A DNA stretch of 64,000 nucleotides from Nitrospirales bacterium. Lineage in GTDB: Bacteria > Nitrospirota > Nitrospiria > Nitrospirales > UBA8639. The translations under genes and the position numbers were made by a program. The stretch covers positions 416,001-480,000 of the forward strand of contig CBDBCZ010000012.1 in NCBI GenBank assembly GCA_965203295.1, given 5' to 3'. Within the stretch, counting starts at the first letter, position 1. Every line of letters begins with the position of its first letter. Below, in pieces: positions 22,983-64,000 of the stretch. The notes under the pieces were generated by a model. That model was not told where the DNA came from and did not search any database. It worked only from the letters and a program-made list of their open reading frames with translations.

Positions 22983-23160
22983 CTTTAACTTCGCACATCG
23001 TGCGTGCTGTGGTTTGTCATGTGACTATCATGTGCTAGCAGATGCACTTGGCTGAGCTCCCTGAGCTCCTCCTTCGTTTCCATAGACACAGTACGTACCA
23101 ACCGGCAAGATCAAAGGCGGAGCTTGGCCTGAGGCTGAAGTTTACTGAGCTGGAGGTATT
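22983..23160. promoter_or_regulatory. Putative compact bidirectional promoter (ARFGAP / KIAA2012-like)
   Basis: ATGs diverge at 22982 (-) and 23502 (+). E/M-box GTCATGTGAC 23016-23025, X-box-like GTTTCCATAGACAC 23076-23089, candidate 5'UTR donor GAG|GTATT at 23155. Confidence 0.5.
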
Positions 23161-23501
23161 GGTGAAGTGGTGATTCTGCTATTATGCGTGCGTGTGGTAT
23201 CAGGATCTAACTTCTTCATAGAGCTCTCGCCGCTGACTCGGTACCGTGCGCTAGAGTTTGATGTAGCAACGTCCTAGCTAGCTAGCTATGAGCTGTATTC
23301 TAACGAAGCTGCTTGTAATTGGTAGATAGCTCTGTAGCTCACTTAGCGAAGAGAGCCCGATATAAATAGTATCAGGTTACCATTCTGCCTTGAGTTGGGA
23401 GAGCCTGGGATGTTATGTAACAACAGTGAAAATGTTTTTTTTTTTGCTTTACACAGCCAGCTCCTTTTAGACTGAGCTAGTGCCTATGAGGAGACAGCAT
23501 C

Positions 23502-26500
23502 ATGTTCTGCTACAAGAGGTATGCATGTAATACTGTACTAGCCTGTGGATATGATCCTGGGTTGTCAGCATACATGTACAGGTTATCATGATTATCAATC
23601 ACATGTCACATGCTACTTTCATGCTTATGTGTAAATGTACTTATATTGCCTGCAGAGCTCAAGCACTATCAGGTTTGGCCCAGGGTAGAGGTGTTGTGGA
23701 TGGAGGAGTGGAGATCAATTGTCTTGCTGATGATAGGCGAGCATTTAGCCTATCCGTAAGTAGTACAAACTCTGTCAGTTGCAAATAGCCTTGCACAAGT
23801 GTAATGGTGGATTGTGTGTAGTAGACTAATTGCAGACTGTGTGTAGAGTAGGCTTATAGATTGTGTGTAGTAGACTAATTGCATCTGGTGTGTTAGTGGC
23901 ACTTGAACAATTTACGGGATTGGTATCTGGGCAATTTCATTGATTTATCAGCTAGTGATCAGTGAAGTGGGAGAATACTCTGTCAGTGATCATGCATGCT
24001 TGCTCTGCCTACCAATCCAGGGACAGCCACTTCTATTGCCATCTAATTCTCGCTTGGGGAGAAATGTCACACCTCATCGGCCACACAAGTTGGCACTGCC
24101 GAAAACCTTTGTAACTAAGCGAGGTGAACTAGAGGGGGGTTGAAATATCAGTGTCATACATGTGCTAACATTACATGTACAATTTAGCCTTAGTCAAAAG
24201 GTTACATACTGTCCATTACGTTGAAATAGCTCTGGTCAGTATTGGGATTGAGGAGATGTAAGGTTCTGCTTATCCCATTGGTTGAGCCTGATGGCATATG
24301 AGTATGCAGTTGAAATTTCTTCTGCTTCTGTCAGGCAAACTGTTGTCAAAAACAGGGCATCAGTACTGCAATAGCTGTACACTTACTGTCTGTATGTATC
24401 TGTATTTGCTTTTCTGTAAGGCTTTCACAAAGACCACTTATTCTCTTCACAAGGCCTCTACCAGTGATCAAATCTATCTCCCATTCTGCAGGCGCAATGG
24501 TACTATTTACTGCTCAAGAGGACATGATTATTGGAAAATCCTGTCAAATCCATCATAAAGAAGCAAGGCATAAGGCCACAAGTAGTTTCAATACGAAGAC
24601 AGATCTATTTAACACCACCCTCAACTCTAATGCAGAGAAGGTACATGTACGTTAGTCTCGTGCCCAGCGACGGTCTGGGCACGAGACTACATGTACGTAT
24701 GTGAATGGGCTGTGAGCCACAGCAACACAATTGCAGGTTTTTCATGAGTGGTAATTTAATGCATTAGAGTTGTTAAACAATAGCTGTAGCTATGTCCCTA
24801 GCAGGATTTTTTCATGTACACAATACATCACAGCGAGCTCAATTAGCGCAAAATTATGCCTGTTTAGGATTCTGATGGTGAGAATGTGTATGGTGATGAC
24901 TGTGGCACAACCTATCCAGGACATTTTACAAATGTCTACTTAAGGAGCCTACAGCAAACAGTCCAGTAAGCTGCAAGCTAGTGATGTGTAGTATTTTGTT
25001 CACAGATCTAAATTAAGCAGTGATAATGTCGGCTGTGTTACCACATTTCTCTGTTAATATGATAGCTAAGTGAGTCCATCTTACACTCCCAGTGGGGGGG
25101 GGGGGGGAATTGTGAGCTCTAACACAACACTAGTGTGTTAATTTATTTCCAATTAATGGCTGGTGTAAGGTGTGATGACCCAGCTAAAATGACATTGCTA
25201 ACTAGCTCTGTGAAGGACATCTGATACCAGAATTGGCACCATACCATGCACATCACTAGATAGCTTAATTCCTTCATGGCCTAAAGGTTGCTGTGGTGTC
25301 CATGTTCAAAATTAAGATACCAAATCTATTAGATGTACCTACCGTAGCTAGGGAGTGTATCATGTTTGGAAACACATAAACCTTTCTATTTTTGACACAC
25401 TATACCTTTTGTTACAGGAAAACAAGGCAACTCTCCGAAGATATTGTCGTAGAAGATATTGAGACTAAAGGTGTGCTTATAAGTACATACCTGTATCTCC
25501 AATTCATATTGGGCAATTAAACGTAGCTATATGCTCATGTGTTGTAGAGAAGAATTCTAGCTACACACGTGCATAGGTACATGTATATACCAGTAGTGCC
25601 TTAGCTTTTGAGTCCCATTATGAATCATACCTTTTACTGATGACGGGTTCAGTATCTTGAAATCAGCTAGTGCATGGAGCACGTAGCAAAATCAGTATGT
25701 ACTCTTGTCATCACTTTATGTTGTTAGATTATTTTATTAAGATTAAACATCATACGCCTAATAGAATGTTTCCTATATCGTATGGATCTAGTTTATGGCC
25801 ACAGCAGAACTTGGCCCTGAAGAAAACTTGTTGAAATCTTTCTATCTCAACATTAGTGTGTACCTGCATAGCAAGACTTGTGACTGCTGATATTACGTAT
25901 TTAGTTTATTGCTACATACGTACGTACACATTGCAATGGTATGCTGTAAGTGTACTGTAGTGGTACTCTCGTTTAAATATACTAGATCCCTGATGTATGT
26001 ATGTGCACAGTTACAGGAAGGTCTCCCGCTCATCTCGACCAGCCTGGTGCATATGTTACACCTTTTAGGCTAATAAACATTAACAGCTGTAGTTGCTGTA
26101 TGGCCTCTATCTGGGATTAAACATCATTATTACCCCGTGCGTATTTACCCCGCGCGTATGCGGCGGGGTTAAGCGATTGGTTCTGTCTGTCTGTCCGTCC
26201 GTCCGTCCGTCCGTCTGTCCATCTGTTGTCTGTCCACTCAAAAATCGGGCTATCTCGCGATTTACAGGGTTAAACGATTGCTAAACACGACAGTAACATT
26301 GAAATCAAAAAAAAAATGTCCGGGTGTGTACCTGATAGTCGCCAAAGCGGTTCCATTCGCTGTATCTACAGCTCTTTCTTATTTAACAACGGTGCATTCT
26401 GCCATTTTAATACGGTCACAACTAGAATACGATAGAGGCCGGGCATATACGGACTCTGGTCACGTGTTCATATTGGCAATCAGTCACGCCCACCACTTCC

Positions 26501-29500
26501 CATAGGATATACAGAAATAATACGCGTACACGAGCGCTGTACACTCTGCGTGCGGATACACAGCTAGCCAGTGATATACATGTACACTCTGCCAACTACT
26601 CGATCAGCCCAGTCTGCAGTCCTGCCAGCTCCAAGTTGTGAATTATGCACCGCGGGGTATGTCTCTGCTAGAGACTTCTAGTTCACTATGTAATGGAATG
26701 CTTCTACTTGTGTCATGTTTATGTTTATTGAGTCTGGTATGGAAAACATTTGTTATGAATAGCTATAGTTTGTAGCTACAGTTGTCTTAGTGTACCATGA
26801 ATCCATAGGCCATCCCACCTTATTGGAGCCAATAGTCTTCATGGCACTTCCTTTTGCCATAGGTAATAGCCTTCCCCCACAATTCGCTACTTATTATATA
26901 ATGCTGTCTTTGTACACTTGGCCCAAAACTTGGGTGGTGTAAACACCCACATGGAGAGCAAACGTCTCTAATTTCCACTTTCTCAATACCTACTCATAAT
27001 CCTTTGTCTACCTAGTCCTGTAATCAGGAGTCATAATGTCTGCTCTTTCTCTCACAACCCCAACAAGCTGTCTTTGTTCGAGTCCAAGTGTCTTGTGGTA
27101 GCCGTGGTAATGGGATTCGGTCTCATCTTGCTTGAGAATTCTTATCGCCATACAATGTATGTTGAGTTGATATACATGTAGTAATAGTATTCTTGTATGA
27201 AGCCTCTTCAATGCAGGATGAAGAGTTTGAATTCCTCTTTGCATGTACAGGCCTTTATGTAATTGTAGCTGCTGACATTGCTAACTAAATTATCACTACT
27301 CCCAAATTATCACTACTCCCAAATTATCACTACTCCCATAGAGAATAAGGAAACACTTTGTGCAATGCTCTTGGGGATTACCTTGATGGTTGGTAATTGC
27401 TGTTTTAGTGAATAGATGAGTATGTGGGTACAAGTACATATACCTTTATACAGGTTGTCAACTGTGGTGGTCACAACAGTGATAGAATATCAGTAGACAT
27501 TGCACATGTGTTGAACAACTAGATTCCCAGTATGCTAAACAACTACATATACTATAGTAGAATTTGCCTCTGACCCCATTAAATGGCATTGTAAACATAC
27601 ATGTATGTACGTATAGCATAATATGTGAATGCAGGGTGTTTGCAGGCTCTGTAGTAAGTACGTATGACACCTGCTCTATTGTCCGGCATGTACGTATACA
27701 TTCACTCACCACCCCTAATTCTATGGCTAGTAATGTTTCATGGGGTTCACTTCATATATATATGCTAAACAACTACTTTTCCAAGCTTGATGAGGTTGAC
27801 AAGATCCCGTATATCGGATTGTTAGGCCCTGGAATTGGTGAGGTTACCCCCCATTGCTACTGACCCCACTAGAGAGCTAATTAATAGCTAGTTGGTAATA
27901 GGGTCCACCTTCAAGAAATTGAGGCCAAGACTTCTCCTCTTTTGTAGTTGCTGCTGGAGAAGGGTTTAATAGTGACTCTGGTTCCTAGGATTAGTAGTGC
28001 TGTTAATCGGGCTGATAAATTTTGAGGTTTAGTCACTCTTAGAACTGAAGAAATCTGTGGATGAGCTTCTGAACTTCCTTGTAGGCAAGTCAGTTGGTCT
28101 TTGTGACCTATTTCGTTTGGGTTGTCTCAAGAAAATTCTGACTCAGTGCCTCCTGGTCGTCCGTGGCCTGTGCTACTGACATTGATGTCCACCTGGGACA
28201 AGCATGAAGATCTCTTCCCCGAGGAATGTCTGAAATGTTGTGAACATTCTGGCTCTCACAGGGTAACAGGTTCTGAGGCAGCTGAATCTCACACTGCTTT
28301 CAATTCTCAGCCTTTGCCTGCCCTACCCCATTTTCTCAGTCCGTGTCACTTCTCTGCCTCAGTTAATGACTCTGGTTCTTCTGGTTCTCCTATAGCTACT
28401 CAGTGTCCATAACTACCTAGGCCCAAGGCTTCATCACTTTTGGTTAGTGTTGTTTAATTGTCGGGGCTGGTATAATGGTAGGTCTACTAGCTGTTGCCGA
28501 TCTTCTGAATTCCATAATAATTCAAGAGCACTTGCTCTTTAATGATCATCTAAAGCAGCTCATCTTTCGTCCCGATTATTCTTGGTGTGAATTCTTCTAT
28601 TTTGCTTTGTGGTTAGCCTTTTGATGAGTGTGGATTTTATTCAGGAAATCCTTGATCAGTTCAGTTACTACGCTCTCGCAACGTTATTGTGCCATAAGCC
28701 TAGCCTCGTACCCAGACCTTCCCTCACAGCTTTTTTCGCAGCTGTGGAAAAAATCGTAGGTTTATCTTTTTGCCACGGCTGCGAAAAAAGCTGTGAGGGA
28801 AGGCCTGGGTATGAGGCTACCGTAAGCCTTTCTGATCAGTCTGGTTATACTGTTTTGATAATTTGTGTCTACCTCCCTACTGATGACAGTACGTTATTCT
28901 CACATGATCACTTTCTCTATGTCGTGGGTGAATTGTAAGGCTTTGTCAGCTCTCAACCTTTTTAATAGTCTCCTGATCGTTGGTGATTTCAATGTTGTAT
29001 CGGAGTAGTCCTAATACCACACAATTCATGGAGAAGTTACGTAAATCTTGTTTCAGTGGATCTTCTTACCGTGCTAGTGTTCAGTTAATTTTTGAGGGTT
29101 CTAATAGCTCATCAGGCTTGATCACATTCTCACTCATCATCACTTTGCTTCTTGCTTTACCAATGTTCAAAAACTTGACATTGCTAGTAGTCTCTTTGAT
29201 TATTATCCTGTGTCTTTGTCTATAAAGATTTTTACATTCAGAATTTCTGTCACATGATTTCTGACTACCTCCCTGCTTTATCTTCAGATCGTGTCTCATG
29301 TTCTGGCCCATCCTGCTTGAAGCATCGGTCAACACTCGACTCCTACTGCTCTTCTCTTTTCTTATTGTATCTCTGACACTGCTGGACTCACACTCCTAGT
29401 TGCCGGTGAACCTTCTTCATGTATTGCTGGCTGGAATGATGATGCTGTTAAGTTTAAGTTTAAAGCCTAATTTTTGGCACAAAATCTGGCGCGATGTTGG

Positions 29501-32500
29501 CTCACTTTCTGCTGGTGTGTTATTACAATAGAAAGCTAAAAAGGAGGTATAAATAAGAGGATAGGCAACTTAAGTGTCAGAAGGCCCCTATCAGGAGGAG
29601 GTGAATGGCAACTGCTTTTGCCAACTCTAATTCCCATTACTTCCTCTAGAATGAGACTTACGAGAACAGGATTTATTACTATTTCCTACTGTTTTTCAGA
29701 AGTTAGATGATGATAATATTGCCCTGCACTTTTCAAACAAACTTTACACTCTTTTAACTTTGTATAGTTCTAATGCCTGTGACAGTCTTTTATGTCAGAT
29801 CAATGATAGTCTGGTTTCTGAGGATCTTAGTTCCGTGTCGATTCCTTGTGTTTGTTCAGGCTTTTGTTTGCTGAAGCAACACAAGAATGAGGGTACTAAT
29901 TTATTTTCTAATCATTTAATTATTACTCTGTTTGCTGGTGAACTGTTTATTGCGTACCTATTTACGTACTAGTATACGTCGTTGTGGTTACATGCTCTCT
30001 GTTCTTTGTGACTGTATTCTGGTATCCTACGTATGCTTTCAGACAACTACCGTCTTGTTGCTTTGGTGCCGACTCTTAGCAAGACTTCGGAGTGATGTAT
30101 AAGAAAGTCAGCCTCTGGACTTAAGAGGCAGCTCTCTACAACTTTGTGTACTGGTCTGATGAAGAAGGTGGTTTCTAAGTTGGTTCATGCCGGGTCTCAA
30201 GTATATGGCTGTTTTTTGATGCGAGTAAAGCTTTGATCATAGGTCCTCTTTTCTAAACTGATAGAGAGACTTCGATCCCTTGACCTTTGAATCATTTTTT
30301 AGTATCATGGTACAGGTCACTAAGAAAGCAAGTCAAGTGGAAAAATTCTCTGTTACTAATGGTGTTCGCCAAAGGGGTCTTTTTACAGTCTACCTAGATG
30401 ACCTCCTTGCTAGCTTGAAAAGTCTTGGAATTGGTTGCCATTGGGATGGCCTCTTGTTGGTGCAGAATACTGCGTGAATGACATTGCCTTCCTGGCCCCC
30501 TCACCTTCTGCTCTATGCCTGATGCTGAAGCACTGTGAGGAGCTAGAGGCTTGTCTATTAATGCTAATAAGACTCAGCTCATTCGTTTTGGTATTCAGCC
30601 TTCTCACTTGTGTTCAGCTATAATGCTATTCTCTGGTGTCTCATTATCGTTTGTTGAAGTTATTCATGTCTACATGGGAATGTCTTGGAGATCAATGACA
30701 TGATTTATACTATTTCTACTTAGTAGTCTATATTTATCCCTGCACCTGTATTGGTGTGTTATAAATAGTAAAAATAATAAATAAGTTTGTAACATATTTT
30801 GTAATGGTGGGGCCTCTTTCATTGTAATAGAGAGTGTTGTTACAGTGTGCTTGCTTCTTTCCACACACAAATACATTATGTAGAAATCCGAGTAGACTCT
30901 GAGCTTCCACTAGCATCAGAGTGTGACTCAGGTATCGGTCATTCAGGGAGGCTGTCAGCCATCAGCTATCACTCTGACGGGACAATAATCAACATACCAG
31001 ATGGACAAGAATCACAAGATTCAAGGTAATTGATTAAAGAGGTCTTAAAGGTTTCTCATGCTTTTGTTTCAGTGCTGCGTGAATGTAAGTGGCTCCATGC
31101 TACTCAATGCTTCGTGTATGGGCTAAATCTTTCCAGCCTAATTGCATAATCAATCACAGCAGGTAGGATGATAGACACTGCAGTAAAGATGTATTATAAA
31201 TGGAAAAATTATAACCAGTATAACATGTACGTGTGTGTATATGTAATTTCGGTTAGACGTTATCATTCTTTGATTACTTAAGGCAATCATTTGCTGAGGA
31301 AGACCATGCATATATGGGTGCTAAGACTGATGATGAATTGCCAGCCTGTATGGATGCTGCTCTGAGTGAGCTTAAGAAAGAATTGTCACATCACACGGTA
31401 AGCCTGAAGCTAGCCATAGTTTTATTTACGTATGTGCTTTTGTTTCTACACTATTTTTTTTACATTCTAGCCAATTATTTTTGCTGGGGAAAGTTACGAT
31501 TTTCTGATGGTTCACAGATTTTGATTTACAGTTTTACCTTAAAACATTGATGATGTTAGCAGGAAAATTTGTGTTCACAGTAGCTATAGCCCCACAAATT
31601 TAGAACCCATGATAATAACTGAGTAGGAATTAATCTTTAGACTTGTGTCCAGACCTTGGGTGTGAACTGCATACATATAGGAAGTAGAGAGATATGTAAT
31701 TATGGTTGTGTAGATATTTAAAAATACACTAGACAAATAATATTATGCTAAACTCTCTGCAGAAAAATTTTTACACCATAAATTATTTTAGTGGTCTTGT
31801 ATACCAGTATTTTACTCCTTCACATACATGAATGTATGCTGTTACGTTTAAAAAAAACTGTCATCTCACTTTTTGGGTACTGTATTTGTTGATTCACATG
31901 AATTCTATTTCATTCTCTCTTTGAGGTAAAACAAGTGAAGGGCAATGGTGTGAAGAGACGAGCAACAAAACCGGGAAGGAAACGAACTAAAGCACATGAA
32001 TCATCAAAACATCAAACAAAAGTAGCCAGCGAGGAAACAAAGCCAACCAAACCAAAGCGTAAATTGAGAAAGAAAAGTAAAAAAGAGGAATCCTCTGCAG
32101 CCAAAATACCCCCCACAGCAGACGCTGGTGATGATGTGACCTACCACGCAAAGCCTTTGGACCAGGAAACGCAAATCACAGCAGTTCAAGTGGCTCATGA
32201 TGACCTAGCTCTAGAGCATGCAGTGATTCAGCGTCAGCAGCCCTCCAAGGCGGAACAGAGGAAACTGGAAATTGAAAGAAAGAGGGCAGAGAAGAAGAGA
32301 CTAGAACGGCTGAAGGAGGAAGAGGAAGAAAAGAACATCAGCTTGCATGATTTGCTGAATGAGCAAACAGCTAGTTCACCATCCTCAAAAGTTTTAACCG
32401 AAGAGGTTGACGAGAAGCGCAATCAAGAGTCTCAAAGTGTTTTGGCACAGCTAGGAGGCGAACGTCAGCAAGCCTTACTGGCAGAGCTAGAAGAAGCGAA

Positions 32501-33079
32501 GTTGAGAGAACAAAGACTATTACTAGCTTTCAGTGGTGACAGCATTGAAGAAAGCCTTTGTGAATCTATAGATTCGGCTGATGAATCAATAAAGAAAGCA
32601 AAAGAAGCAAAAGAAAAATTCAGAGTTGCGCAGAGTTTGAAACTGGAGCAGGAGAGGTATGTATACTATGTAGACACTCATTTAAATTGCCTTTCAGAGC
32701 ATGGGACTGAAGAAATGTTGGCAAATGTAATTGCCAACATTAGGAGGATTGAGGTATGCTAGACCCAAGAAACTGGACATAGTACCATGCACTTCCCTCT
32801 CCCCTTTTAAAATGCTAAGTACACTGTGATTTCTCTATCACTGTGCGTGGTGTAGTTTAACTCTTCTTCTTTCACCCTAGACAAAAGGACAGCAATACTG
32901 AACCCAGTGTTGTGTTCGAAAGGCTACACAGAGTAAAAGACAATCAGCGAATGAAACCTGAACTTGTATGTCCGAAGTCCACATCCAGACCTTACGTGTA
33001 TAGTTATTTTAGGTATGTTCCTTCGGGTCATGAGGTTAGACAGAAGAAACCGAAGGAAAGATTAAGGCACCAAAAATAG
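23502..33079 (+). CDS. KIAA2012: KIAA2012-like uncharacterised protein (conserved N-terminal motif, charged coiled coil, C-terminal YSYF motif)
   Basis: Exons 23502-23518, 23656-23755 (MFCYKRAQALSGLAQGRG), 24021-24123 + 24492-24640 (LALPKTFVTKR|GAMVLFTAQED, cf. recalled KIAA2012 LPKTFSTRKGALILYS), 24868-24965 (YPGHFTNVYLRSL), 25418-25470, possible 26011-26046, 30884-31025, 31283-31397, 31926-32656 (K/E-rich), 32881-33079 (TSRPYVYSYF, cf. recalled SRPWVYSYF). Phases are consistent. Confidence 0.72.
24653..24689. mobile_element. 37-bp TAG...CTA MITE with perfect 9-bp TSD
   Basis: TAGTCTCGTGCCCAG-CGACGGT-CTGGGCACGAGACTA flanked by CATGTACGT (24644-24652 and 24690-24698). Confidence 0.85.
26130..26683 (+). 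mobile_element. Non-autonomous Helentron-type element, second family
   Basis: 5' TTACCCCGCGCG (duplicated) with partner CGGGGT, (GTCY)n microsatellite, 3' CGCGGGGTA inverted repeat, hairpin GTCTCT-GCT-AGAGAC, CTAGTT end. Confidence 0.8.
27287..27337 (+). repeat. 17-bp tandem repeat x3
   Basis: AAATTATCACTACTCCC three times. Confidence 0.9.
28440..30700 (+). mobile_element. Heavily decayed LINE (APE endonuclease plus RT)
   Basis: Fragments in order: LIICVYLPTDD, LLIVGDFN, SDNYRLVALVPTLSK, DASKAFD, FSVTNGVRQRG, VYLDDLLASLKSLGIGCHWDG, DIAFLAPS; many stops and frameshifts. Confidence 0.8.
28701..28819. mobile_element. TAG...CTA MITE (119 bp, almost fully palindromic) with 9-bp TSD, nested in the LINE
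   Basis: TAGCCTCGTACCCAGACCTTCCCTCACAGCTTTTTTCGCAGC ... GCTGCGAAAAAAGCTGTGAGGGAAGGCCTGGGTATGAGGCTA; TSD CCATAAGCC / CCGTAAGCC. Confidence 0.85.
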
Positions 33080-33660
33080 TGTTTGCCACTTTACAGAAGT
33101 GCCTGTAATCTGCTTTGTGAATGTGACAGTTCTACTGATCATTATAATTTTTATGTATCATTATTTTGCAATCCTGGAAACCCTGTATGTATGTTATATC
33201 GCATTAATTACTGTTTGCACCAAAATAATTGGTATGTGATGTGTGCCATATCTAGAGGTTTTTAGTGTTGTATTATTATTGCAACCGAACCAGTATACAG
33301 AGTTGTCAGAATTAAGTACGTACATCCGGTCTCGTGCCGAAACAGAATTCTGTCTGGTCTGGGCCATGGCCCGTGGGCACGGTCCGGCGCCGGCCGGTTC
33401 AATACGGTACACGTAACACCAATACCGTTCCGTTTACTGATGTTGATGTTGTTACTGCGATCCGATCGGCTAATGGTATCTCTGTAGATTAGTGTAGTAC
33501 AGCGCCTTGTGAGACTAACACAGTAACACCAGCTCTCAGTTTCTAGCAATGCTGTAGATCAAGTTAGCCTAATTAGTAGAAAAAGCCAATAACTGTTTTG
33601 TTGGCACATTGGTCTGGAGGGTGTGCCGCTGGCGACTGAAGGGTGTAACACAGGCCCACA

Positions 33661-64000
<30,340 letters not shown>

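Noticed and set aside
32657..32762. C-terminal extension of the 275-aa ORF
   Set aside because: Donor AG|GTATGT at 32656 joins in phase to 32881 and yields the conserved YSYF terminus; the extension is intron read-through.

Overview
Eukaryotic (animal) genomic DNA, intron-rich and repeat-rich. A demosponge-like marine invertebrate is my guess from the repeat style and is not provable here. Three spliced genes can be rebuilt exon by exon. (1) An ARFGAP2/3 homologue on the minus strand, ATG at 22982, last clear exon at 3346, probably continuing off the left edge; its first intron is GC-AG. (2) A head-to-head KIAA2012-like gene on the plus strand (23502-33079). (3) An MRCK/CDC42BP kinase on the plus strand (33661 to beyond 64000). 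The introns hold many mobile elements: a near-intact 5'-truncated LINE, a decayed LINE, an RTE-like 3' end, a Gmr1-type gypsy relic (PR-INT-RT-RH order), Helentron-type non-autonomous elements, TAG...CTA MITEs with 9-bp TSDs (one only 37 bp), a foldback element interrupted by a piggyBac-like MITE, a hAT-like MITE, tRNA-derived SINEs, and relics of RecQ-helicase, IS630/Tc1-like and P-like transposase ORFs. I see no CRISPR array or prokaryotic system and cannot claim a clearly new biological system. The best leads are listed as findings. Family assignments come from motif recall, not database searches.
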